A stretch of 64,000 nucleotides of DNA. Source: Perkinsela sp. CCAP 1560/9. Its lineage: Eukaryota > Protista > Euglenozoa: Kinetoplastea. The position numbers and the translations under genes were made by a program. Of this stretch, positions 45,369 through 57,488 are shown piece after piece; the first letter of the stretch is position 1; every line of letters begins with the position of its first letter. The notes beneath the pieces were generated by a model that saw nothing but the letters and a program-made list of their open reading frames with translations, was not told the DNA's origin and did not search any database. The DNA lies in contig CBFFSA010000004.1 of the NCBI GenBank assembly GCA_965644495.1, forward strand, positions 124,001-188,000. Reading direction: 5' to 3'.

Positions 45369-47146
45369 GTTCTTTTATTTTTCATTCATTGCTTTGACAC
45401 GCTCTTCTTGCGAGCGTGGGATGAGCGGGCGCCGTATACCGTTACCCTCCCCTTACTTAGCCCCCACTTTTTGTTCCAAAACCCATACTTTGTGGTGAAG
45501 TAAGGGGGGTGGTGAAGTAAGGGGGGTGGATAAGTGATTCAAAGCTCGATCAATTTATAGTTCTCTAGGAAATCCTCAAATTATTTAAGTACACTATGCT
45601 ATCGACATTAAGTATAATTTTCTTTTCCTGAGTGTTGCACATTCGTGTTGCACATTCTATATTTTGTGTTTCTTTTAGCTTGTGTACTTTCAAAATGTGA
45701 TCGCCTCACAGAGGACGGCAGAAAATACGACCTTCTTGTCTTCACCTTGTCGTGGCACTCTGGCTTAATACCCTTTGGGTTAACGAAGAAATGGCCAATT
45801 TATGTTGTACAACCCCGTTCACATTTACTTCCCACAATTGATTGAGCGGCTCGCGGGAACTTTTCGACTAATTCCTTCGTGATGCGCGACGTACGTCCGT
45901 TGTGCGCCTTAGAAAAATGCCTTTTCGTTCATTATTTCCACATCAACGCAGCTAGATACATACAGGGGTGTAAATTGTGGGGGGGGTCTAAAATTTGTAA
46001 AACTTAGCCATTTTTGGAAAATAATAGCGCATTCGAGAGCTCCCGAACAGGGCTCATGAAGGAAACAAGGCCGAACTATGCACAAGGGGGTATTGCCCCC
46101 TATACAAAGCGCCCCCAAACGCTATTTGCAACTTTCTAAAACAATAGCAAATATCGAAAAAAAAAATTATAATTGCTATTATCGTTGATTAATCTCAATC
46201 ACAATACAGCATCGCTTTCGAAAACTCTTCATGACATTTTCAGGGGCCTTGAAACGCTGCTTCGATCGCAATGATCAAATCTGCACGATTCCGAGAGGCT
46301 CAAACATTTTTGGAGTCGCCCAATGTGGAACATGATTTTTTAATGCGAAAAAGATTGTGTTGTTTCGTAATCAGCAACAAGAATCATGCACCAGCTTGCT
46401 TTTACGTTCCCAGGCGAAGAATAAACCCTTTCGTAGTCTTTGTGTTCGGGTGATGGCCCACAACCCCATCTTTGTAGCATTATTTGTAAGCATCTTTGTA
46501 GCAGGGTTAAAGGAGGCCACAGACGTGAGCGGGAAGTATGGCGTCACGCACGTGACGCTCACTTCCCGATCCGTCGCCGGCCGGATGCCCAACCCTAGTC
46601 GTGTTTGAGGGTCGCGTTTTTTCTTTTAAAAAGAATCAGCATGAAAGTGATTAGTAGCCGAGGGACCCCTGAATACACTGACAGAGCTAAATTACCGTTG
46701 GGCGAGGGATCTCCGGATCCACCAACGTCGAGCTGTCGGGCAAGGGATCTCCGGATCCCTTGCAGAATTTAAGTGATCCGTGTTATTAGAGATATTCTAT
46801 GGCCATTCTTCCGGGAAGTTGTTTTGGCTCACGACTACTGTACGTGCAATGTATGTACGTATATCTGGTTGCTCTCAGGAACTTTTTGTTTGCAAAGGAA
46901 CTCTGTTCTCACTGACAAACAAGGATGTCTAAAAAAATTATAAGAAGTGATTTTTTACCGGGGAACATACATGCAATGTATGTGAAGAAGTGAAAATGCA
47001 AGTGAAGGTTGTCCATAAAAAACTACAATACCACACAGAAGAGTGGTTTATTCACAAGAGTGCAACTGTTCACAATTTTAGCGGTTTACAGATGCAAACA
47101 TTCCCTAATCTCATCAACTCTTCTCTTTTTCTTCCGTATTAAGTCA

Positions 47147-48010
47147 ATGGACTCTGTATCAGACATAGTTAATTTCATCGCGGATGCAGAAATATGACCT
47201 GAATCTCAGAACCCAGAAGATGCGCTTGAGGAACTCGCTTCCTTAAAAGGATGAATGTCAGCCTTCGTTCTATGATTACGGCAGTGCTGCCGGGTGCGAT
47301 ACAACATGCTAAAAGCACGAGTTCTGTAGACCACGTATTGGAAAAAGCTGCAGCTCTGGCCGGGAGCGGAGCCACTGAAGAAAGGGTTGCAAGCATAAAA
47401 GGAACCTTAAATGCCCTTCAGATTGGAAATTTCGCATCGGAAAGAATCCCTGACAACGTAATTCTGCATCTGCGTGATGAATTGTGGAGTCTACAGCCAT
47501 TGAACGCAAAAGAACATGAATAAAAGGTAAAGGATAGCAGCCGCAGCAGCGTTATTCGTGGGGCACAAGACGTCCTAGAGGCCTTCGTTCCTCTTATAGG
47601 ATCTCCGAGTGATCCTCGATGTGGGCGGCTGATACATCATTACCTTTCCAACAAAGGCTTTTCATCCGAACCGTGGCTCACGAACAGAGTAGTGGAATAT
47701 GTCCGGAGCCAAATAGGAACGGACCCGGATAAAATAATGTGCGCCGAAACTATGGTAAAGCTAGACCCCGGGGGTTCAACTGCCAATGGTACGAGTGCAA
47801 CAAGTGCGTCTCTCGTATTGGGCGTTACTTTGCAAGTTGGGAGCAGCCATTTACTTTCAACGGCTTGCCGCTCAAGGAACCTATGTATCACAAGATGCGA
47901 TAGAAGATCTTCTAAATCGCGAGGTCTCGACCACAGACAAATGTATAATCTCGGTTCTGGCAAGCCACCAGGCCACAAATCAGCTTTCCAGGTATGGTGC
48001 ACGAACGATG
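47147..48010 (+). pseudogene. Homolog of tyrosine-recombinase element ORF1
   Basis: VLPGAI and VRLSYWALLCKLGA...KCIISVLASH.ATNQL match 14026-14490. Contains stops and frameshifts. Confidence 0.65.
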
Positions 48011-48269
48011 TTTGTCTCTATTAAAGGGGGGGCTCAAATGAGAATCCGAAACAAGAAAAACAAAAATCGGCGCCGCTTCGTGGCGCCTTTTTCCCAAGCC
48101 TTAAATATATGCACATGTGAGGGTCCTTTTACAACTACTCAGAATAGTAAACATGTAGTACTCAGAGTAGTAAACATGTTTTACAGAAACGGTATATTTA
48201 TCGTTGGAGCAGCTGTTCTACTCATGTTTCTGCGTAATAAGGACTGCTACTAGCGCAAAGTAAACGAGA

Positions 48270-49303
48270 AAATAAAAGCGCAAGAACGCTGTTACAGTTT
48301 TCTTAGGGTTGGTATCCATAATTTGGGGTTGGGCGCATCCGATCGGTGCGAGCGTATAGCCCTGTACTACTCCATTGACGAAAACAGCAGTCCCATCACC
48401 GAAGAACGCAAATCTGTAGCGGCGAACTGCATTTTGACTATACAGTTTTTCTGCCTGTGCGATGCCTCAACGTCTATGCGTCCGATCGCCTCAACGTCAA
48501 TGCGATGCTCAACGTCTGCAGGGGCAAGGCACTGAGTTCTTTCCCAACGCAGCCACACCCACCCGTAATACTTTCGAAAAAACAAATACGTCTCTTCGAG
48601 TGCGTTTACGGATGTCAGACCTGTGTGCTCTCGAATCATATCCATAACGATGGTTTTGGTAAGAGGGCACGAGAGGGAAGAAGCTTGCTCGCATGCGCGA
48701 TGTACGCGTTCCATAGCAACTGCTTTACTGTACGTTATGGGCTCCGCGTCATTATAATCCCCCCTCTTCCATTAAAACCGCGATTTCTGCAGCTGCCGCC
48801 CATGGAACGATTGATCAAGTTTTGATAATGTTTCGCTCCTCGGTTGCGTATTTTGTACAAGGCACTTCGATAGAGTCTGTACTTATTCTGTATCTTGGAT
48901 ACCGGCGATTTCGACAGGCATATATCGCGCTTGTCATACATACTTAACTCTACTCGCTCTCTCTTTTCACGGACAGTGCTTGGAAGAGGATTATTTGTTA
49001 TTTCGAGTGTCGGATTCCGATTCGTGGCGCTGGAAGTTCTGTAATAATCCAGGAGCTTAGAGACCCACACAAAGAACGAACTGTGTTGGGAATACCATCT
49101 TTCAATTTCACAGGTGGATGATAGCATTGGTAGAGATTCTTGAACGTTCGGTGAATTCTAAGTATTTTTCCTCCCATTTTAAGCAACATCCCAATTTTTT
49201 CTCTACTTTCGCCAAAAAATACCCCCCAAACAAATTCCCCCAAAAATTTGTCTCTAATAAAGGGGGGGATGAGGGGGGTCTCTATTAAAGTGGGGGCCAC
49301 ATT
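48270..49303 (-). mobile_element. pogo-like (CENP-B HTH plus DDE_1) transposon remnant
   Basis: PLTKTIV...FFRKYYGWVW HTH, then FGDGTAV...TLAPIG...KKTVTAFL, homologous to 59025-59200. A TIR-like end TATTAAAGTGGGGGCCACA lies at about 49300. Confidence 0.65.
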
Positions 49304-49675
49304 ATGTATTCTTATTTCTACATGTATGTATATTCTATTACACATGTCATATGTATTCTATCGTACGATACTTGACCACACAAGTATTGTACATAAATTT
49401 TTTGTAAAAGTAAAACGAATCCGATAGAGCAGTGATGAATAGTTCGTCTCATGAAATGTCTCGATTTCAAAAAAAAGTTTGTAGAATAGTTTTTTTATTT
49501 TTCGTTCATTGCTTTGACCCGCGCCTCTTGCGAGCGTGGGCATGAGCGGGTGCCGTATATTCTGAGGGGAGACAAGTTCCACTGCCGGCAAACCAATTTC
49601 TGATTGATGACTGATGGCGATTGTTTCCTTCTCTTATAGCATGCAAAAATCTGAAGTTTACAGACTGAGGTATTT

Positions 49676-50551
49676 CTATTCAGTCATTCGTAGCTCTGTT
49701 CCCTCGTAATAAAAGTTTACCAATGAGTCAGGTAAAGCCGAGCCCTTAACATCGCCCGATAGTTTTGAATTGTCACAGAGGTTTAAAGTTTGTAAGCACT
49801 GAGGGAGAGAACTGAGTTGTACCACTCCCGAAAAACAGTTGTCTGCCAGCTCCAGAAAACGAAGAGAACAGGGCAAGTGTAGGAAATCTGGCGTCCCTGT
49901 AAAAGCGTTAAAGCTAAGATCAAGGGATGCCATGAAGTGGGGCAAACGTTCTAGCGCAATGGCCCCGGAGAATTGATTCTGTGCAACCGAAAGATCAACC
50001 AAGCAAAGAGGGATATGGGTTAGATCTACGTCCCCATGTAAAGAATTGTCATCCAAGAATAGCTGCAGTAAGCGATTCGACCCGTACGGCAACGCTAGCG
50101 TTCCGCTCAATCGATTCTCCGAGACATAGAAACGAGACAGCGAGGAGGGAAGCGACTCCAGTTGTAGCGCTCCAACCAACATATTGGAGCTTACAAGAAA
50201 ATGTTTTGTGGATCGTGGCATCCACTCCCATTGTAGCGACCCGGAGAGTTTCAAATGGCTCCACTGAATCTCAAACACCTGACCTTCGAAATTACACCTC
50301 ACATGAAACCAAGTACAGGCCGGAATGGATGCGTTCCATGAGGGATGAGGACTTTGAATATTTGCAATCAGTCGTGTGAGCTCAAACTCCTGTGGGAGAT
50401 CTGTTCCACGAACTTTGCCCAGACGAACGGTTTGTAAGGACCGCTTTTCTTCTCCTAGCGCACTGGAGTCACTGTTTGGCTTTCGTCGCTTTGCTAAAGG
50501 CGATGAACTCTCGGATAATTGAACGGCGCGTGTTTGTGGGGTAATAAACAT
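49676..50551 (-). CDS. LRR family protein with NLS-like N-terminus
   Basis: PLAKRRKP, then RLGKVRGTDLPQEF, cap PACTWFHVRC, and about 8 LRRs. Confidence 0.9.
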   Translation of the reverse strand: MFITPQTRAVQLSESSSPLAKRRKPNSDSSALGEEKRSLQTVRLGKVRGTDLPQEFELTRLIANIQSPHPSWNASIPACTWFHVRCNFEGQVFEIQWSHLKLSGSLQWEWMPRSTKHFLVSSNMLVGALQLESLPSSLSRFYVSENRLSGTLALPYGSNRLLQLFLDDNSLHGDVDLTHIPLCLVDLSVAQNQFSGAIALERLPHFMASLDLSFNAFTGTPDFLHLPCSLRFLELADNCFSGVVQLSSLPQCLQTLNLCDNSKLSGDVKGSALPDSLVNFYYEGTELRMTE

Positions 50552-50604
50552 TGGAAAGCGTAGGTGCTTTTGTGTGTACTTATGTTTTGAAATATATTTA
50601 ATGC

Positions 50605-51646
50605 TTAACTGTTTACCGAACGATCTGTACTAAAACATTTTCGATGTACGCTGTGGTTGTTTTGAGCAAGAGAAATATCATTGCTTACGTATGTGCTTTG
50701 CGTTGAAACTTTTTGTTTATAGAGAAGTTTGATTTCTTTGATAAAAGTTAAATCAAGAAGCAAGCTCACGGTACGAAACTCAGGACCTTTCCCCCCTTGC
50801 CTCACCCCCGCACCCATTCCCTTCGCAATGGAGGAAAATGAGCCATAAATCGTTGCTCCTCCATTGCGTTGTCCAGAATTAAACTCATCGGCCCATTGGC
50901 ATTATTCCGGACCTCATCACTGGAGCTTAGCATGGCCGAGACCTCAATCTCGTCATGGCCCTCCAACACCACTTTTTGACAGTGCCTTATCTCAGCGCCG
51001 CCGTGGCATCCGCGACGCTTTCAAATTGTACAAGCGCCTTGGTGACTTTCTGTGGAGGCGCTCCTGGAGCGGCCAGCACAATCACTTTCCGCATGTGCGG
51101 TACGCCATAAAAAAGTTGAAAAAGTAAAAAAGGGGTAATCGGGAGCAAACCCCCAGCCCCGCAGCGTACCCGGGTGATACGCACAAACAGCGTTCGCACG
51201 AGTAGACTGGTTTGTTTACGAGCGTAGTCCACAAAGAAGCTCCACCCGGTCCGCGGGTCGGTGATTTTTTCAAGTCTCACCAGCTGCGCGGCCGCTTTTC
51301 CCGAGACCATCTGGACAAACGCCTGGCGCCTCTCCTCATTATGTTGAATGGACTCGATTTTATAATCGGGACCGAAGGATTGTAGAATTCGCGCCATTTC
51401 GTATTCATGCGTGTGACAGGAGAGATTGCGAAGATGTATAATTTTTTTCGGAGCCTCCACGAGGGTATCGACAAGGGAGAGGCTCGGGGGGAGGGAGGAG
51501 AGATCCGGGAACTCGACATCTTGGTAGCAAACACGGCAGGTGAGACGGATGCGGGAGAGCGGGGTCTCGGCCTCCGGTTTGAAGTAGGTGATGGGGGAGG
51601 GGAGACGTCGAAGCCACTCGTTGTGGTTGCAGGGAAGGGAAACCAT
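50605..51646 (-). CDS. PTB/hnRNP-L-like tandem RRM protein with apparent frameshift near 50990
   Basis: RRM1 is IIHLRNL...RQAFVQM...VDYA. RRM2 (TLFVRI...ITPFLLFQLF...KALVQFESVADATAAL) stops mid-domain, and an open alternative frame continues to 50605. Confidence 0.6.
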
Positions 51647-52138
51647 GTGTTGGTCCTATTGTATTCGTACGCGAAGAATTATACCTCTATAGAAAAGAAA
51701 TGGATCTAAAGTTGTGTGTAGGTTTTAACGGTCACGGTGAATAGTTGTGCAGATGAGATACTCTGATTCTAGGGTGAAATCGATAACGATGTGTAGAGAA
51801 AAAGTGCTAAATGGGAGCGAAGTTTGTACTATCTTCTAGATTTTATGCTCTATTTTTTCGGTTATACGACAGGAAAATCGAGAACAGTGAACACACTGCC
51901 TCTGTTTTCCAAAATGAACCTCCTCAGAGTGTCCTGATCTCAATAAATGTTGAGAAAATTATACTGCATTACTAAACTACAGTACTATTGTGTGAATATT
52001 GTACTAACACGCATTTACGCCTTGCCCGCTGTTTATGAAGCTTGACGCCTAGAATTGCATTCCTTAACCATGAAAAAGAAATACTCTTTCGACATAGGCT
52101 CAACGACTCTATGTTCTACTATTTTCTTTTTTGACTCT

Positions 52139-55100
52139 TTAACCCTGCGGACTACCCAACGACCCACCCAGCTCCTTCCGTACTCTCGCGCGTAACAACC
52201 GCATGACATAGCGTCCCACCAGCGTGCGCACAAAAGCCAATGCCGTGGCCTTTGCCTGCTCCACCCCACGTGGGGTAAACCATAAAATATTCTGTCCAGG
52301 AAAGGGGTACCCGGCTGTGGAGACTTCCTCACTTTTTGCAGAAGGGACAGCAACCTCTGGCCCAGCCTGTTGTTTCAAAACTTGCGTATTTTCAAAACTT
52401 GAGGGCACACAACCGGAGGGGAGCCTCTCGCAGTAGACCAGCACCAGCTGACACGCTGCCGAGGCACTTTTCGGCGACTTTTTTCTAAGATTCTCAACCT
52501 CTCGTAAATCTCTTTCCCAATTCGGCTCAGAGGTAATCAACAGCACCGGCCGGGAGGGTTCCTCCACCAGAAGATACGGGTGCGTACCCATTAACGCCGC
52601 AACCGAGGGGACATCCACCACACTCGCATCCAGCAGCCCTGGACCCCGAAACAGCAGCTTTGGGGCCGAGCTCCCTAATCTCCCTCCCTGGAGGATTTCC
52701 TCCACCTCACCCCCCTCTAGCTTTTTCTCCTCGAGAGGTCTTGAAAATTGATCCTTTCGGTTCGCGTAACCCAAATGTGGCAAATTGGATAAATTCATTC
52801 CCTTTTCCTTTTTCTCTTTATCCCTATCCCTCTGTTTTCCTTCCTCTCCCTCTCCCCCCTCGGCTTCACCAACCTGTGTCACCTGGAGTCGAGCATAATC
52901 CGTAGGTTCACTACGCAGCTCCAGACACACACAACGGTGGCAGGGGCGTGTCATGGCCAACCCCAGCGCGGGGTAGATGTTCCCCACATCGACCGTCTCG
53001 GGGTTCTCTTCCCCTTCTCCTTCTCTCCCCCCCACTTGTCTTCCCCCAATGATAATGACTTGCGGAAAATCACAAGTCCTCACAAACTCCGGGAGCAGCT
53101 GAGCTCTTAACACCCGGAGGTACCCCGCGAGGGTGTGGGGCCGAAACCGTTCCAGAACGGCTGGCCCCCGCAGGAGCGCCGTGGGAAAACAAAGATGTAA
53201 GTCCCGTAGAAAAATATCCCCCGGGGTCCCGGGAGGGGCGTGGACGACAAAAGGAGTGAGAAACCTTTGTGGAACACAAGAAGAATTCGGGTTTTGTGAA
53301 TTCAAACAGGAATTCGGGTTTTGTGAATCCAAGCAAGAATTCGAGTTTTGTGAATCCAAGCAAGAATTCGGGTTTTGTGAATTCAAACAGGAATTTGGGT
53401 TTTGTGGAACAAAACAAGAATTCGAGTTTTGTGAATCCCAACCAGAGTTCTTGTTTTGTGAATCCCAATAAGAGTTCTTGTTTTGTGAATCCCAACAAGA
53501 GTTCTTGTCTTGTGAATCCCAACAAGAGTTCTTGTTTTGTGAATCCCAACAAGAGTTCTTGTTTTGTGAATCCCAACTCGAATTTGGTTTTTGCGAATCC
53601 CAACAAGAATTCCGGTTTTGTGAATCCAAACCATTCGGATTGGTTGGGGAGAAAAGAGAAAAACCTTTTTGATTTGTTGTTGTTGTTGTTTTCAACGAGG
53701 CGTAACCCCCGAGGCGGTGCCAGGGCTCGATACGGAGCCCGGCCCCGGGCTGGGGATCCACCACGTAGCCTCGGGGCTCGACTTTTTTATTTATCTCGGC
53801 CAGGGTGAGCCCTTGGCCGCTCTCACGCTCTTCTGTTCGAGGGAGCTGCACGACCACACTTATGGGGTCATGGGGGCGAACCAACCGCAGACGTTGGTAT
53901 AGGGTACTCTGGGTACTGTCCGCGGGGGTGAGGGTGAACGGGGGGAGCCACACCCCGTAGTCCGGGTAGGGGCCTTTGAGGAGCGTAAGCAACCCGTCGA
54001 GCCCGGAGAGCAGGGAGGCGTTTTGGGCAGAGCTCCGCACCGCGAATTGTCCGTTTTGGGCCGCGCAGATGGGCTCGACCTGGGTGGCGAATCCAAGGAC
54101 GCGGAGGAGGGCGACGACAAAGCTTGCGGGTTGGTGGGCGACGTGGTCGATGAGGATTTCGACATCTTCTTTGAAGGCGGAGGAAGAAGAAGAAGAAGAT
54201 GTTGGTGAAATGGTGCCTCGAACTCTTGAAGATAAAGATGAAGAGTTTTTGGTAAAGGAGGAGGTTGTGGAGGAAAAAGAAGAAGATCCGCGAGAGGATC
54301 TTAAACAAGGTGAGGGGGTGCGGATGCGCGCCCTGCCCACGTACCGCAGAGCGGAGGAGGCAAAGGGGGGGATTTTGGTTGCAACCCTGTTGTTCGTGGT
54401 TTGGGGATCATTGTTTTGAGTTTCTCCATCGTCTACTGAGGCATCGCTGGGGTTCGATGCGTCTGGGGGATAGTGGGCCAGGGCAAGACGAATCATTTCC
54501 TTGGCCACGCGCTCACGTGTGGTGAGACCCCAGACCAGGTTCTCGGTAACGGTGCGAGGGGTTAGACCGTCCCGGTGGGGATGAAATCGCAGACAGGCGT
54601 TGTCTGGGAAGCTCTCCGCAGGTCGGGAAGAGTTTTTTTCCAATAGGCAGGTCTGAGAACTGATTTCATAGCGGTCGCAGTCGGAGGTGCAGAATCCATA
54701 CCACGGGATAGGCTTCCCTACTCGGGCGGGGTGAAGCCAGATGACATCGTCACAGGAGTTCCCGCGCACGATGGTTCGAAGAGATAAGAGGTACGAAAGA
54801 TTAGGGTCGGAGACGGGAAAACTCTCATTTGTGGTGGCATGGTGGGAGTAGGTCGATTCAGCAGAAGGAAAGGCCTCGGAAAAAATGGGAAAATCGCCAG
54901 GATTCACCCCATGCGAGGGAGCATGTCCCGAGAAAGAGCTGAAGATCGGAACCCCACCTCCTTCCACAGCCCCTGAATAGGCGACAGTAGGCTGTGGGGG
55001 AAGCGATCCCCATTCACATGGGTACGTCGCAACTTGACTCCCCACACCATTTTCCACGCCTTGAGCATTCCCCTCTACATATTTATCCTCTCCCCAGAAA

Positions 55101-56221
55101 GGCATTTCTACCCCATTCCCCCCCTCTGTCCAAGCCCTCCCTGTCGTCCCCCATCCCTCGCTCCCCACCTTCGTGGCCTCCCCCCCTTTTCCTTTCCCCT
55201 CCCCCCCGTGTCGCACCAGCTCACGAACCACGGCCCCACCGTACCCCTTCCCGAGCCTGAGGTTCTCCCGGGCTTTCTCCACCAACGCCCGGGTCACGGC
55301 CTCCATGGTGGTAATCCCGCGCGCGAGATTCTCATGGAAGCCTCGGGGCCGAGACCCGTCCCGGCCTTTGTGGAAGTACTTACACACGTTGTTGGGGAAC
55401 GCGTGGCCCCGGAGTCCCCCTTTCACGGAGATCGGGGTCTCCTCGTGGAGGCAGATCCCGGTCTCGGGGTTGTAGTTGTTGCACTGACGCACTTGGAACC
55501 CGGCCCACTGGTTTTGGGTTTTACGCTCGGGGGGACGAGCGCCAGGGGGGTGGGGGTTGGATGAGGATAATGGGGGCGTTCTGTTTTTGTGGAGAGCGCT
55601 CAGGGAGGGCGTTCCCAAGGCTTGATGTTTAGGATCAAAGATTGGGGAGGAAGATGAACCTAAAAAAGTGTGGGTTTGTGAAATAGGTTTTGTTTGGGTG
55701 GTGGATGAATGGGTGGCTCCCAAGGCTTGATTTTTAGGATCAAAGATTGGGGAGGAAGATGAAGAAGAACCTAAAAAGGTGTTGATTTCCGAATTAGGTT
55801 TTGCTTGGGTGGTGGAGTTAGGAGAGATGGGCGTTGGGATAGGGGAATGGGTTTCTGTAGGTGGGGTAGTGGATGAATTCGATGGTTGGGTATTTCCGAA
55901 AGGTGGGCTGAGACATAGAGGGAGGGTTGCGCTCGCCCTCCATGTGGATTCGATGGGAGGGTTTACAGAACGGGAGAAAACGGGGGAGCAGAGAGGAGAG
56001 AGGCGGGTCATGGGCTCGTGACCGGGTAGCGAAGGACTGGTGGAGTTGTGCAAAGAATTTCTGTTCCTATTACCTCGAGGACGGGAGACGAACTGTTTCC
56101 ATCGAGCCGTAACGTTGGGGTTGGCTTGAGATGGTGAGTTCTTTAGTTCTTCAACTTCGTTTGACTGTGAAGATGCGTTGAATTTCGCGTTAGATTGCTC
56201 CATGCTTGAATTTTCACTCAT
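52139..56221 (-). CDS. Large hypothetical protein with two CCCH-like modules and a 9-aa tandem repeat
   Basis: 1360-codon ORF containing C-x9-C-x22-C-x3-H, C-x9-C-x17-C-x3-H and (NSCWDSQNK)n. Confidence 0.8.
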   Translation of the reverse strand: MSENSSMEQSNAKFNASSQSNEVEELKNSPSQANPNVTARWKQFVSRPRGNRNRNSLHNSTSPSLPGHEPMTRLSPLCSPVFSRSVNPPIESTWRASATLPLCLSPPFGNTQPSNSSTTPPTETHSPIPTPISPNSTTQAKPNSEINTFLGSSSSSSPIFDPKNQALGATHSSTTQTKPISQTHTFLGSSSSPIFDPKHQALGTPSLSALHKNRTPPLSSSNPHPPGARPPERKTQNQWAGFQVRQCNNYNPETGICLHEETPISVKGGLRGHAFPNNVCKYFHKGRDGSRPRGFHENLARGITTMEAVTRALVEKARENLRLGKGYGGAVVRELVRHGGEGKGKGGEATKVGSEGWGTTGRAWTEGGNGVEMPFWGEDKYVEGNAQGVENGVGSQVATYPCEWGSLPPQPTVAYSGAVEGGGVPIFSSFSGHAPSHGVNPGDFPIFSEAFPSAESTYSHHATTNESFPVSDPNLSYLLSLRTIVRGNSCDDVIWLHPARVGKPIPWYGFCTSDCDRYEISSQTCLLEKNSSRPAESFPDNACLRFHPHRDGLTPRTVTENLVWGLTTRERVAKEMIRLALAHYPPDASNPSDASVDDGETQNNDPQTTNNRVATKIPPFASSALRYVGRARIRTPSPCLRSSRGSSSFSSTTSSFTKNSSSLSSRVRGTISPTSSSSSSSAFKEDVEILIDHVAHQPASFVVALLRVLGFATQVEPICAAQNGQFAVRSSAQNASLLSGLDGLLTLLKGPYPDYGVWLPPFTLTPADSTQSTLYQRLRLVRPHDPISVVVQLPRTEERESGQGLTLAEINKKVEPRGYVVDPQPGAGLRIEPWHRLGGYASLKTTTTTNQKGFSLFSPTNPNGLDSQNRNSCWDSQKPNSSWDSQNKNSCWDSQNKNSCWDSQDKNSCWDSQNKNSYWDSQNKNSGWDSQNSNSCFVPQNPNSCLNSQNPNSCLDSQNSNSCLDSQNPNSCLNSQNPNSSCVPQRFLTPFVVHAPPGTPGDIFLRDLHLCFPTALLRGPAVLERFRPHTLAGYLRVLRAQLLPEFVRTCDFPQVIIIGGRQVGGREGEGEENPETVDVGNIYPALGLAMTRPCHRCVCLELRSEPTDYARLQVTQVGEAEGGEGEEGKQRDRDKEKKEKGMNLSNLPHLGYANRKDQFSRPLEEKKLEGGEVEEILQGGRLGSSAPKLLFRGPGLLDASVVDVPSVAALMGTHPYLLVEEPSRPVLLITSEPNWERDLREVENLRKKSPKSASAACQLVLVYCERLPSGCVPSSFENTQVLKQQAGPEVAVPSAKSEEVSTAGYPFPGQNILWFTPRGVEQAKATALAFVRTLVGRYVMRLLRARVRKELGGSLGSPQG
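53272..53632. repeat. 27-bp coding minisatellite, about 13 copies
   Basis: CAAGA(A/G)TTC..GTTTTGTGAATCCCAA units. Confidence 0.95.
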
Positions 56222-56689
56222 TTTCGCCCCGAAATTATACCTCTTTATGACTCGAACGAATACACTCTGTTTTCCTGATAAGACGTTTGTGGCGCTGAAA
56301 ATTCAACTCAGAGTCATGTTGAAGTCAAGGAGAACTGCTGATGATGTTGGTACTATGAATACACACTTTACGTACTTTGGATGAGCAACGTACTTTGGGT
56401 GAATTATAATCGTATTGTAAATATCGTGAGTAGTTAGGAAATTTGTCAAAAAAGTTGGGAGACAAGAGAAAACTGGCCAAAAAAGCATACTCCCCCAGTA
56501 AGAGAGATTTGGCCATTTTTACCGAAAATCGATTCTCCTACTGGGGGGTCTACGGTACCCCCGAAAACTCTACAAAATGGGACTAACCTTTAAAGAGCTA
56601 CACGACTTGTTTTTATTTGGCTACAGAGAAAGGGTACAGTGAAAGGGAGCGGACTTGGATCTGGAGAGTGGTTGGACGACCTCAAAACG

Positions 56690-57112
56690 AGATCACGTGA
56701 GATCATGCGAGATCATATCCGCAGCCCCTCAATTGAAGTCCTTGGAGAAAAAAATCAATGTCAAGGATGCAGCTATCAAGAGGCTATACGTAACAAACTC
56801 TGTAAAACTAAACGAAAGGTAAGAACTCTTGAAAAACAAGTGGGTTGTCTGACGAAGAAAAATCAAAGAAAATGGCATCTAACTGTTCTTTTCAAACTGC
56901 CTGGCAGCTTAACTCAGTCTGGGTTGTTTGACGTTCAATTGACCGTCGCTTCAACGAGAGAGAGAAAAAGAACGAATATGCGCCCATTTTTACCAAAAAT
57001 AAGAAACATTCTGTTTTTCTTACTTTGTTCCACACCACCTTTTTAGAGTTAGCACGACTTTCTTTGACATAGATTGAGGGACTGCGGGCATGATCTTGCG
57101 TGATCTTACGAC
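56690..57112. repeat. Imperfect inverted repeat, probable old MITE
   Basis: GAGATCATGCGAGATCATATCCGCAGCCCCTCAAT ... ATTGAGGGGACTGCGGGCATGATCTTGCGTGATCTT. Confidence 0.6.
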
Positions 57113-57488
57113 CACGTCAAAAAAGTTTCGCACCGCTTCGCGGCGCGTTGGTCGCTACCAATATGTCTGATTTGATTATAAACCCCGCGTCATGAAAAGT
57201 GACCGCCCCACTTTTGTTTCTTACAAAAGTCCGTTTGAGCTAATTTTTGTGGAATTTTGCAGATCTCACAATAGGAGCTTTGCGCGCTTATTAGCGGGCA
57301 ACAGAGAACACCAATTATTTATAACGTACAATTACAAAATTTTCGCCTTTCAATCTTATACACTTCACACTTAAATAAAATGGAGGTGATTTTTTTGATA
57401 CATTTTCATTGGTCCCTACCCGAACGAATTTTCGACTCCCAACATGTGACTTGCACATCTGAGATTGGACACTTCTGTGCTTTATTTG

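Noticed and set aside
45645-45845. RNase T2-like N-terminus (hydrophobic leader, YDLLVFTLSW)
   Set aside because: No IHGLWP catalytic motif follows, and the ORF is short, antisense to the gene unit and lacks an ATG start.
53272-53632. Possible CRISPR array
   Set aside because: The units are contiguous 27-mers with no unique spacers, lie in frame within a protein, and no cas genes are present.
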